Below, piece by piece: positions 53,745-63,116 of a stretch of 64,000 nt of DNA. The notes beneath the pieces were generated by a model. That model made no database searches and had not been told where the DNA came from. It worked only from the letters and a program-made list of their open reading frames with translations. Origin of the DNA: Dehalococcoidia bacterium (GTDB lineage: Bacteria; Chloroflexota; Dehalococcoidia; Lucifugimonadales; JAGWBF01); the NCBI GenBank assembly GCA_965219565.1, contig OZ244780.1, positions 1,787,672-1,851,671 on the forward strand. The letters are read 5' to 3'. The position numbers and the translations under genes are program-made. How positions within the stretch are numbered: position 1 is the stretch's first letter; every line of letters begins with the position of its first letter.

Positions 53745-55628
53745 CTAGCGTCTCCTCCACCAGACCACGCCGCCGGTTATGGCCATCAACGCCGGAAGCA
53801 ACAAGTAGCCCGACCATCGTATGAACTTGAGCTCCGTGTCCGTCGGGTTCAGGAACCTCCGCACCTGAGCCCTGGGCCGTATGTTGGCCAAGGGATCGTC
53901 GCCGACCAGCCAGTTGATGGAGTTGAGGAACACGTCTCGGTTTCCCGAAGCAAACAGCAGGTTGTTGGAGGCAAAGTCCGAGTCGCCGATGGCGATGATG
54001 CGGCCAGAGGTCACCTGCGCAGGGTCGCTGGGCAGCTCCTCATCCAGCGGGGCCCGGGCCCACAGGGCCAGCATAGTAAAGAAGGGTCCTGCGACAGAGT
54101 CGGCCGTCGGCTCATTGCTGTCGGGGTCGAGGCTAGTCCAGCTGGCCAGTGGAGTCGTCAGGGTTAGTCCCAGTCCGACTACGTTTGTGTTGAGGTCCTC
54201 CAGGTCCACGGGTTCCTCTGAGTCGTCTTCCGGAAAGCGGGGAGAGAAAGGAATTTCCTCGTTGGGGGCCAGGGCGGCCACGTCGGGGTAGAAGGAGTCT
54301 CCCACACCTCCGGTGATGCTTGTGATTCCTGGGAAGATGTTCAAGAAGTCACGACTGGCGGATCTCCAGCAGACAGAGTCGAATCCGGTGCATATGTACT
54401 GGTTCTGACCGATTTTGATGTTCTGGTTCCGGGCGGGGTCATAGTTGCTGAAGGAGTCCACAACATGACCCTGTTCCATGTTGATCCCCCATCGGGCGAT
54501 GAACTCCCTGAAACCGGGCTTGGTTGCTGGGTCGGCCAAGAAGAGAAGGTTGCCGCCGTTGCGCATGTAGGTGTGAAGCTCTTCCGGCTCGTTTACCACC
54601 TCGGACACTTGGAGGTCCTCTTTGGGCCCTGCGATCACCAGCAGACTGACGGACCCTTCCGCCACGCTGGCCTGAAGCCGTTCCCGGTCGGTTGCGCTAA
54701 TGAGGTTTATGGTTGACACGGCGTAGTTCTCGGCCTGGATTTCCGAGGCCGCAATGCCGTAGCCCTCAGGGTTATCCGCCGGGGCCGTCAACTCCCGTTC
54801 CCCGTGCCCGGTCAAGAAGTAGACCTGCTTCCGCTCCTGACCGGTCACTATCAACAGTCCGGTGACAAGGCTTTGCTCGATGGGCGCCAGGCCTCCGAAA
54901 AAGAAGGTTTCCCATGTGGCGCTCAACGGGACCTGATGGCGTTGGCCGGAGTCCTCCGCCTCGAACACTATGGTGGGGGCTCTGGTGACTCCGTATTCGG
55001 TGGCTATGCCCGGCTCGATGACCGGGTCGATGAATTCGTACTCGAACTTGCCGGTGCGTTTGCTGAATTCCCGAAGAATGTCGTCCATCTGGCCCCTGAA
55101 CGCCTCCAGGTCGGGGTTCGGTTGTATGTTGCTTTCGGGGAAAAAGGCCCTTGCGTAGACGTCCTCTTGCAGGTCGCTCAAGAGGGCCTTGGTGCGGGGA
55201 GCCAGGTCGAATTGCTTGGTCGCTGTGACGTCCATCCTGGCTGTAATCTCGATGGCCAGGAAATTGCCCACCGCCGCAATTCCAATGAACGCGGCAATCA
55301 TTAAGGTAGTGTTGGTGGTGTAGCGTCCGCGTCTGCCGGTGACCGCCTCACTGACTGTCGGGAAGGAAATGATCAGAGAGAACAGCAGCAGGAGTCCGCC
55401 AACTCCCATAACGATATAGCTGTAGAGCTTCAGGTCCTCGAAGAAGGCGAATATGACCATGCCCAGGACGAGGGCCACGACACCGACCAGGACGATGACC
55501 GACGCGACTCCGCCGAATCCCTGGCCGAGCCTTCGAAGCGAGTCCCCAAGCCCCCCTAACAGGGTGCCCGACAGCTGTTCGTCTTCCAGCTCTTGCTGTT
55601 CTTCTTCTGGGGGAAGTTGTTCCGACAT
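53745..55628 (-). CDS. GldG-family ABC-transport auxiliary protein
   Basis: 627 aa with N- and C-terminal TM segments flanking a large extracytoplasmic domain. Follows the ABC-2 permease. Confidence 0.8.
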   Translation of the reverse strand: MSEQLPPEEEQQELEDEQLSGTLLGGLGDSLRRLGQGFGGVASVIVLVGVVALVLGMVIFAFFEDLKLYSYIVMGVGGLLLLFSLIISFPTVSEAVTGRRGRYTTNTTLMIAAFIGIAAVGNFLAIEITARMDVTATKQFDLAPRTKALLSDLQEDVYARAFFPESNIQPNPDLEAFRGQMDDILREFSKRTGKFEYEFIDPVIEPGIATEYGVTRAPTIVFEAEDSGQRHQVPLSATWETFFFGGLAPIEQSLVTGLLIVTGQERKQVYFLTGHGERELTAPADNPEGYGIAASEIQAENYAVSTINLISATDRERLQASVAEGSVSLLVIAGPKEDLQVSEVVNEPEELHTYMRNGGNLLFLADPATKPGFREFIARWGINMEQGHVVDSFSNYDPARNQNIKIGQNQYICTGFDSVCWRSASRDFLNIFPGITSITGGVGDSFYPDVAALAPNEEIPFSPRFPEDDSEEPVDLEDLNTNVVGLGLTLTTPLASWTSLDPDSNEPTADSVAGPFFTMLALWARAPLDEELPSDPAQVTSGRIIAIGDSDFASNNLLFASGNRDVFLNSINWLVGDDPLANIRPRAQVRRFLNPTDTELKFIRWSGYLLLPALMAITGGVVWWRRR

Positions 55629-55637
55629 AGAGGTTGT

Positions 55638-56351
55638 TTATCTCCACCTGCGGGTTTCCAGAGACCGCACCGCAAGGAAGAGGAACACGGCCGTTGCCGT
55701 TACGTAGTAGACGATGTGTCCCGTGTCCACTATTCCCCGGGTGAAGTCGTCCAGGTGGGATATTATGCTCAGTTGGTCCAGGATGGTCGAGACGATTCCG
55801 TCCACCAAGTCTGTTGCGAAGTCTATCAAGGCGAGTATGAGCATGATGCCGAATCCCACCACCAACGCCACTATCTGGTTGGCAGTAAAGGACGAGGCCA
55901 GCAGTCCAATGGAGAGGGCCATGGCCCCGTACAGGATGATGCCTAGGTACGAGCTCCAGATGGGACCGCTGTCCGGGTTGCCGTAGATGTACAGCAGCAG
56001 CACGTAGAAAAGGGTCAACGACAGGGTCACCAGGAAGAAGGTGAAGCTGGCAATGAACTTGCCCAGCACCACCTCCCAGTCCTTGACCGGAGACGTAAGC
56101 AGGAGCTCGATAGTCCCCAGCTTCTGCTCTTCGGCCAGGAGGCCCATCGTCAGGGCCGGGGCCAGAGGCACCAGAATCCAGGCGCTGGCAATGATGTATA
56201 GGTCTATGCTGGCGTCGGGGAACGGGTCCCCCAACCGGAACCCGAAGAAGAAGCCGGTAAGGGCCAGATATACCAGGGCTATGATGTATCCTATGGGGCT
56301 GGTAAAGTAGGCCTGGATTTCCTTCCAGGCGATGGCGGCGGCTACCCTCAC
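55638..56351 (-). CDS. ABC-2 type transporter permease (GldF-like)
   Basis: 237 aa, about 6 hydrophobic segments. The GTG start overlaps the ATPase stop by 4 nt (GTGA). Confidence 0.85.
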   Translation of the reverse strand: MRVAAAIAWKEIQAYFTSPIGYIIALVYLALTGFFFGFRLGDPFPDASIDLYIIASAWILVPLAPALTMGLLAEEQKLGTIELLLTSPVKDWEVVLGKFIASFTFFLVTLSLTLFYVLLLYIYGNPDSGPIWSSYLGIILYGAMALSIGLLASSFTANQIVALVVGFGIMLILALIDFATDLVDGIVSTILDQLSIISHLDDFTRGIVDTGHIVYYVTATAVFLFLAVRSLETRRWR

Positions 56352-57301
56352 TCTTCTATATCCTCGCTGGTGGTAAGCTTGAGGAATATCTCCTCCAGGC
56401 TCATGCCAACCAACTGAATCGTCAATAGTCCCCAGTTGTTGCTTATGACGACCCGGGAGATGGTGGTGCGCAGGTCCAGTCCCCGGCCGGCCTCCACGAC
56501 GTAGGTGTGGCGGTCTCCCTCGGACGAGACCCGATTGACGTTGGTGACTCCCCGGACGCTCCTGAAAGCCTCGGTGATTTGCGCCTGCGGCCCGCGCACC
56601 TCAACTTGTATCCTCTCCACGCCCTGCAACCGGTCAGCCAGATTCACCGGGCTGTCCTCGGCCACGATCTGCCCTTCATGGATAATAAGCACCCTTTTGC
56701 ACAACATGCTCACTTCAGGAAGTATGTGGGAGCTGAGAACGATGGTGTGCTCTTCCCCAAGGTCCTTTATCAGCTTTCGGGTTTCCACGACCTGGATGGG
56801 GTCGATGCCGATGGTCGGCTCATCCATGATCAAGACTTGGGGTTCGTGCAGTATGGCCTGGGCTATGCCCACCCGCTGGCGAAACCCCTTGGACAACTTG
56901 CCTATCAAGCTCTTGCGATAGTCTTCCAGGCGGCATATTTCGATCACGTCGTCGATGCGCCGTTGGATGCGTTTGGGTTCCATGCCGCGCAAGGTGCCCA
57001 TATAGTTGAGGTAGCTGGATACGGGCATGTCGGTGTATAGAGGCACCGTCTCAGGCAGGTATCCGATGAGCCTCCTGACCTCCAGGGACTTGTCCACCAC
57101 GTCGTAGCCCACGACCTCGACGGAGCCGCTGGTGGGCGGCATGAAGCCCGTCAGGATACGCATCGTCGTGGTCTTCCCCGCTCCATTGGGTCCGAGGAAG
57201 CCCAGAATCTCCCCCTTGCCCACCTGGAAGGTAACGTCCTCCACGGCGGGGAAGGAGCCGTAGTATTTGGTCAGGCCCTTAACGTCTATAACTGCGGCCA
57301 T
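56348..57301 (-). CDS. ABC transporter ATP-binding protein (GldA-like)
   Basis: Walker A GPNGAGKTT, signature LSKGFRQR and Walker B LIMDEP. Confidence 0.95.
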   Translation of the reverse strand: MAAVIDVKGLTKYYGSFPAVEDVTFQVGKGEILGFLGPNGAGKTTTMRILTGFMPPTSGSVEVVGYDVVDKSLEVRRLIGYLPETVPLYTDMPVSSYLNYMGTLRGMEPKRIQRRIDDVIEICRLEDYRKSLIGKLSKGFRQRVGIAQAILHEPQVLIMDEPTIGIDPIQVVETRKLIKDLGEEHTIVLSSHILPEVSMLCKRVLIIHEGQIVAEDSPVNLADRLQGVERIQVEVRGPQAQITEAFRSVRGVTNVNRVSSEGDRHTYVVEAGRGLDLRTTISRVVISNNWGLLTIQLVGMSLEEIFLKLTTSEDIEE

Positions 57302-57548
57302 CTTTATCGACCATCCTGCCTTTTCGTTCGATGCGCCCCTCTGGTGAGGCCGGACTCACCGAGCCAACAGCCCCCTATTGTATTCCGTATTGGGCAGATA
57401 TGCTATACTCATTGCCGCTAAAAAGGGTTGTTTTCACCATTACAAGGTTAATATACGCCGTGCACCCTACTTGCGGTTTCAGCGGCAGTCCCTTCCCAGG
57501 CGGGAAGGGGCTTATGCTGTAGGAGGATGGGGCAGGCGTGGAGTTAAG

Positions 57549-57920
57549 ATGCACCTGGCCATAGACGGCTACGGGGGAGACGAGTCGAAGATGTGGGACG
57601 AGGAGTTCGTCCGGCGTTTTCTTGCCGACTACCCCTCCAGCCTGGGAATGAACGTCATACACGGCCCGTCGGTCTTGGCGTACCACGCGCCCGACCCGCG
57701 GGACTCGGGGGTGACGGGGTTCGTGATAATTGCCGAGAGCCACATCAGTGTCCACACATTCCCGAATCGCCAGTACATAAACATAGACGTATTCTCCTGC
57801 AAGTCCTTCGACGACACGAAAGCCCTCGTTGACGTCAAGGAGACCTTCGACCTCCGGGAGGTCAGGACCTGGGTCATGGACCGGGGCCTGGAACATTTGG
57901 AGAGACTCCCGCCCGACTAA
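57549..57920 (+). CDS. speH: S-adenosylmethionine decarboxylase proenzyme (small, SpeH-type)
   Basis: Self-processing site IIAESHISVHTFP. ATG 57549 was chosen, and the upstream 57 ORF-track codons were rejected. Confidence 0.9.
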   Translation: MHLAIDGYGGDESKMWDEEFVRRFLADYPSSLGMNVIHGPSVLAYHAPDPRDSGVTGFVIIAESHISVHTFPNRQYINIDVFSCKSFDDTKALVDVKETFDLREVRTWVMDRGLEHLERLPPD

Positions 57921-57947
57921 TTCCCACAGTGCAGAGGACGGGCCGCT

Positions 57948-58850
57948 ATGGCCGAGCAAGACTTGTCATGGACGCCCTTCAACTTTCTGGCCCTTCCCGA
58001 TGACCAATCGGCGTTGGAGACTTCCCGCGTCGTCCTGATGCCCGTTCCCTACGACAGCACGACCTCCTTCAGGTCCGGGGCCAGAGACGGGCCCAGGGCA
58101 ATCATAGAGGCTTCGCAGAGCCTGGAGGACTACGACGTCGAGCTAGGCGTTGACGTGGCCTCGATAGGCATTCACACCACTCCTTGGCTCGAACCTCACA
58201 TGGACGGTCCCAGAGCCATGCTCTCAAGAGTGAAGCAGGCCGTGGCAGGCTACGCCGCCCAGGGAAAGCTGGTGGGTCTCCTGGGAGGCGAACATTCCAT
58301 AACCGTCGGCGGGGCGGAGGCATACGTCGAACTCTATCCAGGTCTGTCGGTACTCTACTTGGACGCCCACGCCGATTATCGGGACAGCTACATGGGTACA
58401 TCCTGGGGCCACGCCTCAGCGGCAAGACGCGTGTCAGAGTTGTGTCCGGTGGTTCATGCCGGAATCCGCAGCATGAGCCAGGAAGAGGCGGAGTTGTTGG
58501 GAGCGAGGGGCAACCAGGGGGAATCTCGCTCCTTCCCTGGGGAATCCGGACCGACGGAGGCGTATCTGGAATCCCTGGCGGACCGGTTGTCCGACGAGGT
58601 TTACATAAGTGTCGACCTGGACGTACTAGACCCCTCGCTCATGGCCGCCGTCGGAACCCCGGAGCCGGGCGGCATGGGATGGACTCAGGTAAACCGCATA
58701 CTGGCCCATGTGGCAAGCCGGAAGAAAATAGTGGGTTTCGACGTTGTCGAGCTTAGCCCGGACCTTGGCCCCCCGGCCTGCTCGGTTGTCGCCGCCAAGC
58801 TGGTGTACAGGATAATTGCCTACGCCGCTTCCCCGCCCCGTCTCTCGTAG
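57948..58850 (+). CDS. speB: Agmatinase (arginase family)
   Basis: Metal-binding motifs GGEHSIT, LDAHADYRD and SVDLDVLDPS. Confidence 0.9.
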   Translation: MAEQDLSWTPFNFLALPDDQSALETSRVVLMPVPYDSTTSFRSGARDGPRAIIEASQSLEDYDVELGVDVASIGIHTTPWLEPHMDGPRAMLSRVKQAVAGYAAQGKLVGLLGGEHSITVGGAEAYVELYPGLSVLYLDAHADYRDSYMGTSWGHASAARRVSELCPVVHAGIRSMSQEEAELLGARGNQGESRSFPGESGPTEAYLESLADRLSDEVYISVDLDVLDPSLMAAVGTPEPGGMGWTQVNRILAHVASRKKIVGFDVVELSPDLGPPACSVVAAKLVYRIIAYAASPPRLS

Positions 58851-58960
58851 AACAGGTCATTGCAACCGGACCGCGTCAGGACAAGGCGACGTAAAGCAGG
58901 GTAGAATTGGACTAGGAAACATTTGAAGCCCTGACAACGGCGTAAGGCGGACGTGACCAT

Positions 58961-60097
58961 ATGGGCGGCTCGATACGACTCGGCAAGATAGCCGGCATTC
59001 CTATCAACCTTCACGTAAGCTGGTTCATCATTTTTGTCCTCTCCGCTGTATTCTTCGAGCGGTACTTTTCGAACTCCGGTTTCCGGTGGACCGCCACTGA
59101 GCGGTGGGGTGTCTCACTGGCGATGAGCCTGACCCTGTTCGGCTCCGTGTTGGCCCATGAGTTGACCCACAGCCTCGTAGCCCTGAGGTACGGGATGCCC
59201 GTCAGGGGAATCACGCTGTTCCTGCTGGGCGGAGTGTCTCAAATCGGCAAAGAGGCCACACGGCCCTCCTCTGAGTTTGTCATAGCCTTTGTCGGACCAT
59301 TGTCCAGCGTTGTCCTGGGACTAATATTTCTGGGCGTGTCGGAAGGACTTGAAGGCGTCAATAGCCACGTCTATGCCATAACGGCCATGGCTGTGTACGT
59401 GAACTTCATGCTTGGGATATTCAACATGCTGCCCGCGTACCCGATGGACGGCGGGAGGGTGTTCCGGGCGGTCGTGTGGAAAATCACCGGCAACCAGTTC
59501 CTGGCGACCCGCGTGGCCGCCCGCGTGGGGCAGGCCATAGCGTTGTTGTTCATCATTGGAGGCGGAGTTTTGTTTTTCATGACGTTCCTCCGCGACGGAG
59601 GCGGCTCCTGGAGCCAGGGCATATGGCTGGCTGTTCTCGGGTTGTTCCTTCTCGCCACCGCTTCGGCCACACACAAGCAGAGCGGCATTAGAAGCGGTAT
59701 GGACCGGTTTAAAGTGCGAGACATTATGCACCGTGAGCTTCCTGTGGGGGACGGAGACGCAACTGTTGGGCGGATTGTCGCGGAGAGCCTGGCGCTATCA
59801 ACCTGGGGGTTCACCTTGGTCGCGGTGGACGGTCGAATCTCCGGTGTCGTCACACTGGAATCCATCAAGACCGCGGCTGCTGGGCCGCAGACGCTATGCG
59901 AGTCGGTAATGACGCCTATAGAAGATGTTCCCAGCGTAAGCCCGGAGCAACGCGCTTACGAGGTCCTGGAGGTTATGGAGGAGAGTCGGACCTCCTACGC
60001 TCTAGTGGTCGAGGGCGGCGCCCTGGTGGGGTTCGTATCCCGCCGGGAGATGATGGGACTGCAGTCTCAGGGTCGAGACTGGTCTCAAGGAGCCTAA
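58961..60097 (+). CDS. Site-2 protease family (M50) zinc metalloprotease with C-terminal CBS pair
   Basis: Carries HELTHSL (HExxH) and a second motif region with NMLPAYPMDGGR. Also has multiple TM segments and a CBS-like C-terminus. Confidence 0.9.
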   Translation: MGGSIRLGKIAGIPINLHVSWFIIFVLSAVFFERYFSNSGFRWTATERWGVSLAMSLTLFGSVLAHELTHSLVALRYGMPVRGITLFLLGGVSQIGKEATRPSSEFVIAFVGPLSSVVLGLIFLGVSEGLEGVNSHVYAITAMAVYVNFMLGIFNMLPAYPMDGGRVFRAVVWKITGNQFLATRVAARVGQAIALLFIIGGGVLFFMTFLRDGGGSWSQGIWLAVLGLFLLATASATHKQSGIRSGMDRFKVRDIMHRELPVGDGDATVGRIVAESLALSTWGFTLVAVDGRISGVVTLESIKTAAAGPQTLCESVMTPIEDVPSVSPEQRAYEVLEVMEESRTSYALVVEGGALVGFVSRREMMGLQSQGRDWSQGA

Positions 60098-60154
60098 CGC
60101 ATTTATGGTTCGCCCTTGGGCGCCTATGCTACAATGTTTGGCGCCGTGTATAGG

Positions 60155-60184
60155 GAGCTGCCGCCCTCATGGACGCGGCAGCTC
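60155..60184 (+). terminator. Hairpin between the S2P and cysteine desulfurase genes (terminator or leader structure)
   Basis: GAGCTGCCGC-(10 nt)-GCGGCAGCTC followed by TTAGTTATGATTGATT. A TGcTACAAT -10-like element lies upstream at about 60127-60135. Confidence 0.4.
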
Positions 60185-60209
60185 TTAGTTATGATTGATT
60201 CCGTAGATT

Positions 60210-61406
60210 ATGAACGCTCCTGACGGCTTGATATACATGGACCACGCAGGGACCACGCCTCTGGACCCCAAAGTCCTGGAGGCGATGGCTCCTTATTTCA
60301 CCCGTATGTTCGGCAACCCATCCAGCATCCACGCCTATGGCCAGGAAGCCAAAAAAGCCCTGGACGAGTCCCGGGAGAAGGTGGCGGGAGTGTTGGGGTG
60401 CCGCCTGAGCGAGGTGATTTTCACCAGCGGCGGCACAGAGTCCGACTCAATGGCAGTCAAGGGAGCGGCTGCGGCTCTATGGGACACCGGAAACCACATA
60501 ATTACGTCCACCATAGAGCACCACGCCATCCTCCATACCTGTCAGTACCTGGAAAGCCAGGGATTCGAAATAACCTACCTCCCGGTCGACCGGCACGGCT
60601 TTGTGGACCCGGACGAGGCAGTCAGCGCAGTCACAGACCGCACGGTGCTCGTGTCCATAATGTACGCCAACAACGAGATAGGCACCATTGAACCTGTCAA
60701 GGAGATAGCCGCCGCCGTAAAGGAGCGGGCCCAGGCATTAGATAGGACCATACCCGTCCACACTGACGCCGTGCAGGCCGCCGGTTTCCTGGACCTGAAC
60801 GTCAAGGACTTGGGCGTCGACATGCTAAGCCTGTCATCCCATAAGTTCCACGGACCCAAAGGCGTGGGAGCGTTGTACATGCGGAGGGGCACGCCTTTCC
60901 TTCCCCAGCAATTGGGGGGGGGTCAGGAACGGGAACGTAGGTCGGGCACCGAGAATATACCCGGCATCGTCGGCGCTGCCACCGCTTTGGAGATGGCCAA
61001 TGACAGACGAGAAGAGATGAGCCGCCACTGCGCCAGTCTCCGGGATGAAATCATCGAACGGTTCACAAAGTCAATAGACGGCGTACACCTGAACGGTCAC
61101 CCGACGCAGCGTCTGCCCAACAACGCCAACTTTTCGTTCGAGAACGTAGAAGGCGAACCCATCCTGTTGGGCCTGGATATGGCGGGCATTGCAGCTTCCA
61201 GCGGCAGCGCTTGCAGCTCCGGCTCCCTTGAGCCGTCCCACGTGCTTCTGGCTCTGGGACAGCCTGCGGAGCTTGCTAGGGGCAGTCTGAGGCTCACTCT
61301 TGGGAAGGACAACACCAAAGAGCAGGTGGACTACCTGTGCACAGTAGTGCCTGATTTGGTGCGTCAGCTCCGCGAAATGCCCTCTCTTACTTCCGCAACA
61401 TCATGA
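60210..61406 (+). CDS. Cysteine desulfurase (NifS/IscS class)
   Basis: PLP-Lys region [12 protein letters not shown] and active-site loop SSGSACSSG. Confidence 0.92.
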   Translation: MNAPDGLIYMDHAGTTPLDPKVLEAMAPYFTRMFGNPSSIHAYGQEAKKALDESREKVAGVLGCRLSEVIFTSGGTESDSMAVKGAAAALWDTGNHIITSTIEHHAILHTCQYLESQGFEITYLPVDRHGFVDPDEAVSAVTDRTVLVSIMYANNEIGTIEPVKEIAAAVKERAQALDRTIPVHTDAVQAAGFLDLNVKDLGVDMLSLSSHKFHGPKGVGALYMRRGTPFLPQQLGGGQERERRSGTENIPGIVGAATALEMANDRREEMSRHCASLRDEIIERFTKSIDGVHLNGHPTQRLPNNANFSFENVEGEPILLGLDMAGIAASSGSACSSGSLEPSHVLLALGQPAELARGSLRLTLGKDNTKEQVDYLCTVVPDLVRQLREMPSLTSATS

Positions 61407-61425
61407 TGGAGACCTAGAAATCACA

Positions 61426-62463
61426 ATGCTTTCCTTTCTCATCTCCTCGTTGACATCCCGCACCGCAAAGATGTCCTGTCTGCTGGTCCTCGCGCTGACT
61501 CTCAGTGTAGGCGGCTCAGCCGCCTGCGGAGGAGAACCGCAGCTGGGTCCCGGCGACGGTGCGGCAGGTAGGCTTCTGGGAGTGTTGGTGAACGAAGTCA
61601 GAAGGACCCAGGAAGTGCGCTATTCCTCCCCTCCTGGGGCCACCACCGACGTGGAAGGCCTGCTCGTAACGGTCGCCAACGTCCAAGCCGGCGAGTCCAT
61701 TCCCTTCAAGATCGGGGACGAGGACACTCAGTACGTCCTTTCTCCTTCCAGAAACGGCCAACAAATCTCCATCATGTTCGGCACCATTTACAACAATGGG
61801 GATTCCGCCCGTACCGTGACTCTGGATGGGGCTTCTTTGAGTCTGAACACGAAGGAAAGCCCCGAGGTCCATTCCCTGCTGGACGTCAGCCCCACCAACG
61901 TCGTCAACGTAAAGACCGCATCGGAACCTGCTCCCGACAGTCAAGTCTTTCCGCTCTACTTGGGCGGTGAGTTTACATTGGAACCAGGGGAGGCTCTCTC
62001 CAGATGGCTCACTTTCGAGACGCCTTCCGGGTCAGCAATCGACATGCTGACATGGCAAATCGAAGGCCAGCAGACCAACCTCAACTTCGGGTCAGGACAC
62101 TACTTGGTGACGCCGTCATCACCCGACAACGAACTGGTGGCCATCAACGTGCAGGTCTACAACAGAGAGTCCAACACTGTGGCGATGGAGATAGTGGGAG
62201 ACGCCGTGGAACTCAGGGGGTTCGGCATTGACGAAGCCTACACATTGCTGGACGTTACCGCTAACAACACCGCCAACGTCTCCTCCACCCCCGACGCTCA
62301 CTCCAGCGAAAACAGGTTCACACCATTCGTTCGGGGAACCGTTTCTGATTTGCCTTTGGGCAACTCACTTCTGGGTTGGATAATCTTTGAGATTCCCAAA
62401 GGGGCGGGGCTGCGGGAACTGAAGTGGGACACAGGCGACACCGTCTTTATTAGACCTAACTAG
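61426..62463 (+). CDS. Putative lipoprotein with two tandem DUF4352-like beta-sandwich modules
   Basis: Signal plus lipobox-like VGGSAAC. An internal repeat ends WLTFETPSGSAIDMLTWQ in one copy and WIIFEIPKGAGLRELKWD in the other. Confidence 0.6.
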   Translation: MLSFLISSLTSRTAKMSCLLVLALTLSVGGSAACGGEPQLGPGDGAAGRLLGVLVNEVRRTQEVRYSSPPGATTDVEGLLVTVANVQAGESIPFKIGDEDTQYVLSPSRNGQQISIMFGTIYNNGDSARTVTLDGASLSLNTKESPEVHSLLDVSPTNVVNVKTASEPAPDSQVFPLYLGGEFTLEPGEALSRWLTFETPSGSAIDMLTWQIEGQQTNLNFGSGHYLVTPSSPDNELVAINVQVYNRESNTVAMEIVGDAVELRGFGIDEAYTLLDVTANNTANVSSTPDAHSSENRFTPFVRGTVSDLPLGNSLLGWIIFEIPKGAGLRELKWDTGDTVFIRPN

Positions 62464-62486
62464 ACGGGAATTCATCGGGGCTTAGT

Positions 62487-63110
62487 ATGGAGAGGACCAT
62501 CGGGCTCCACCCTCGGAACGGCGCCGCTCCCCCGATTTGGCGTCGTTTGTTCCACCTATGCGCCGCCGGTTCCATTCCCTTGATCGCAATATTCGCCGGC
62601 TCCGAGGTGATGGTCCCTCTTATGGCGTCATTGTGCGGAGGAGCGATCGCGATAGAAGTGGTGCGGTTCCGGTTGCCGGACTTGAACCGCAGGATGCTCA
62701 AGATGTTCCGGCCCCTCTTGAAAGAGTCTGAGGACAGACGGGTCACGGGCGCCACCTACGTAGCGTTGTCGGCTCTGGCATGTTTTCTCGTCTTCGATCT
62801 CGATGTGGCTGTAGCCGCCCTGTTCTTTCTCGCCCTTGGAGACCCGGCGGCGGCGTTCGTGGGAAGCAGGATGCGAGGGCGAGTCCTAGGCTGGCGGTTC
62901 TTCGGCAAGTCTCCTATAGGGACGCTGGCCTTTTGGGGAGCGGGCGCAGCGGTCGTGGGAGTTTTGTCGGGGGGAGGGGCGATCGACTATCACTGGGGTT
63001 TCTTGGTTGGGGTAGCGGTGGCGGGGCTGATTGAGTTGGCGCCCGCCGTAATTGACGACAACCTGACCATACCTCTAATTAGCGGCGCCGTGATGACGGC
63101 CCTCGTCTAG
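62487..63110 (+). CDS. CTP-dependent polyprenol/diacylglycerol kinase-like membrane protein (dolichol/phytol kinase, CDS superfamily)
   Basis: Polytopic, 207 aa, with the motif LGDPAAAFVGSRMRG. Confidence 0.6.
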   Translation: MERTIGLHPRNGAAPPIWRRLFHLCAAGSIPLIAIFAGSEVMVPLMASLCGGAIAIEVVRFRLPDLNRRMLKMFRPLLKESEDRRVTGATYVALSALACFLVFDLDVAVAALFFLALGDPAAAFVGSRMRGRVLGWRFFGKSPIGTLAFWGAGAAVVGVLSGGGAIDYHWGFLVGVAVAGLIELAPAVIDDNLTIPLISGAVMTALV

Positions 63111-63116
63111 GGACTG

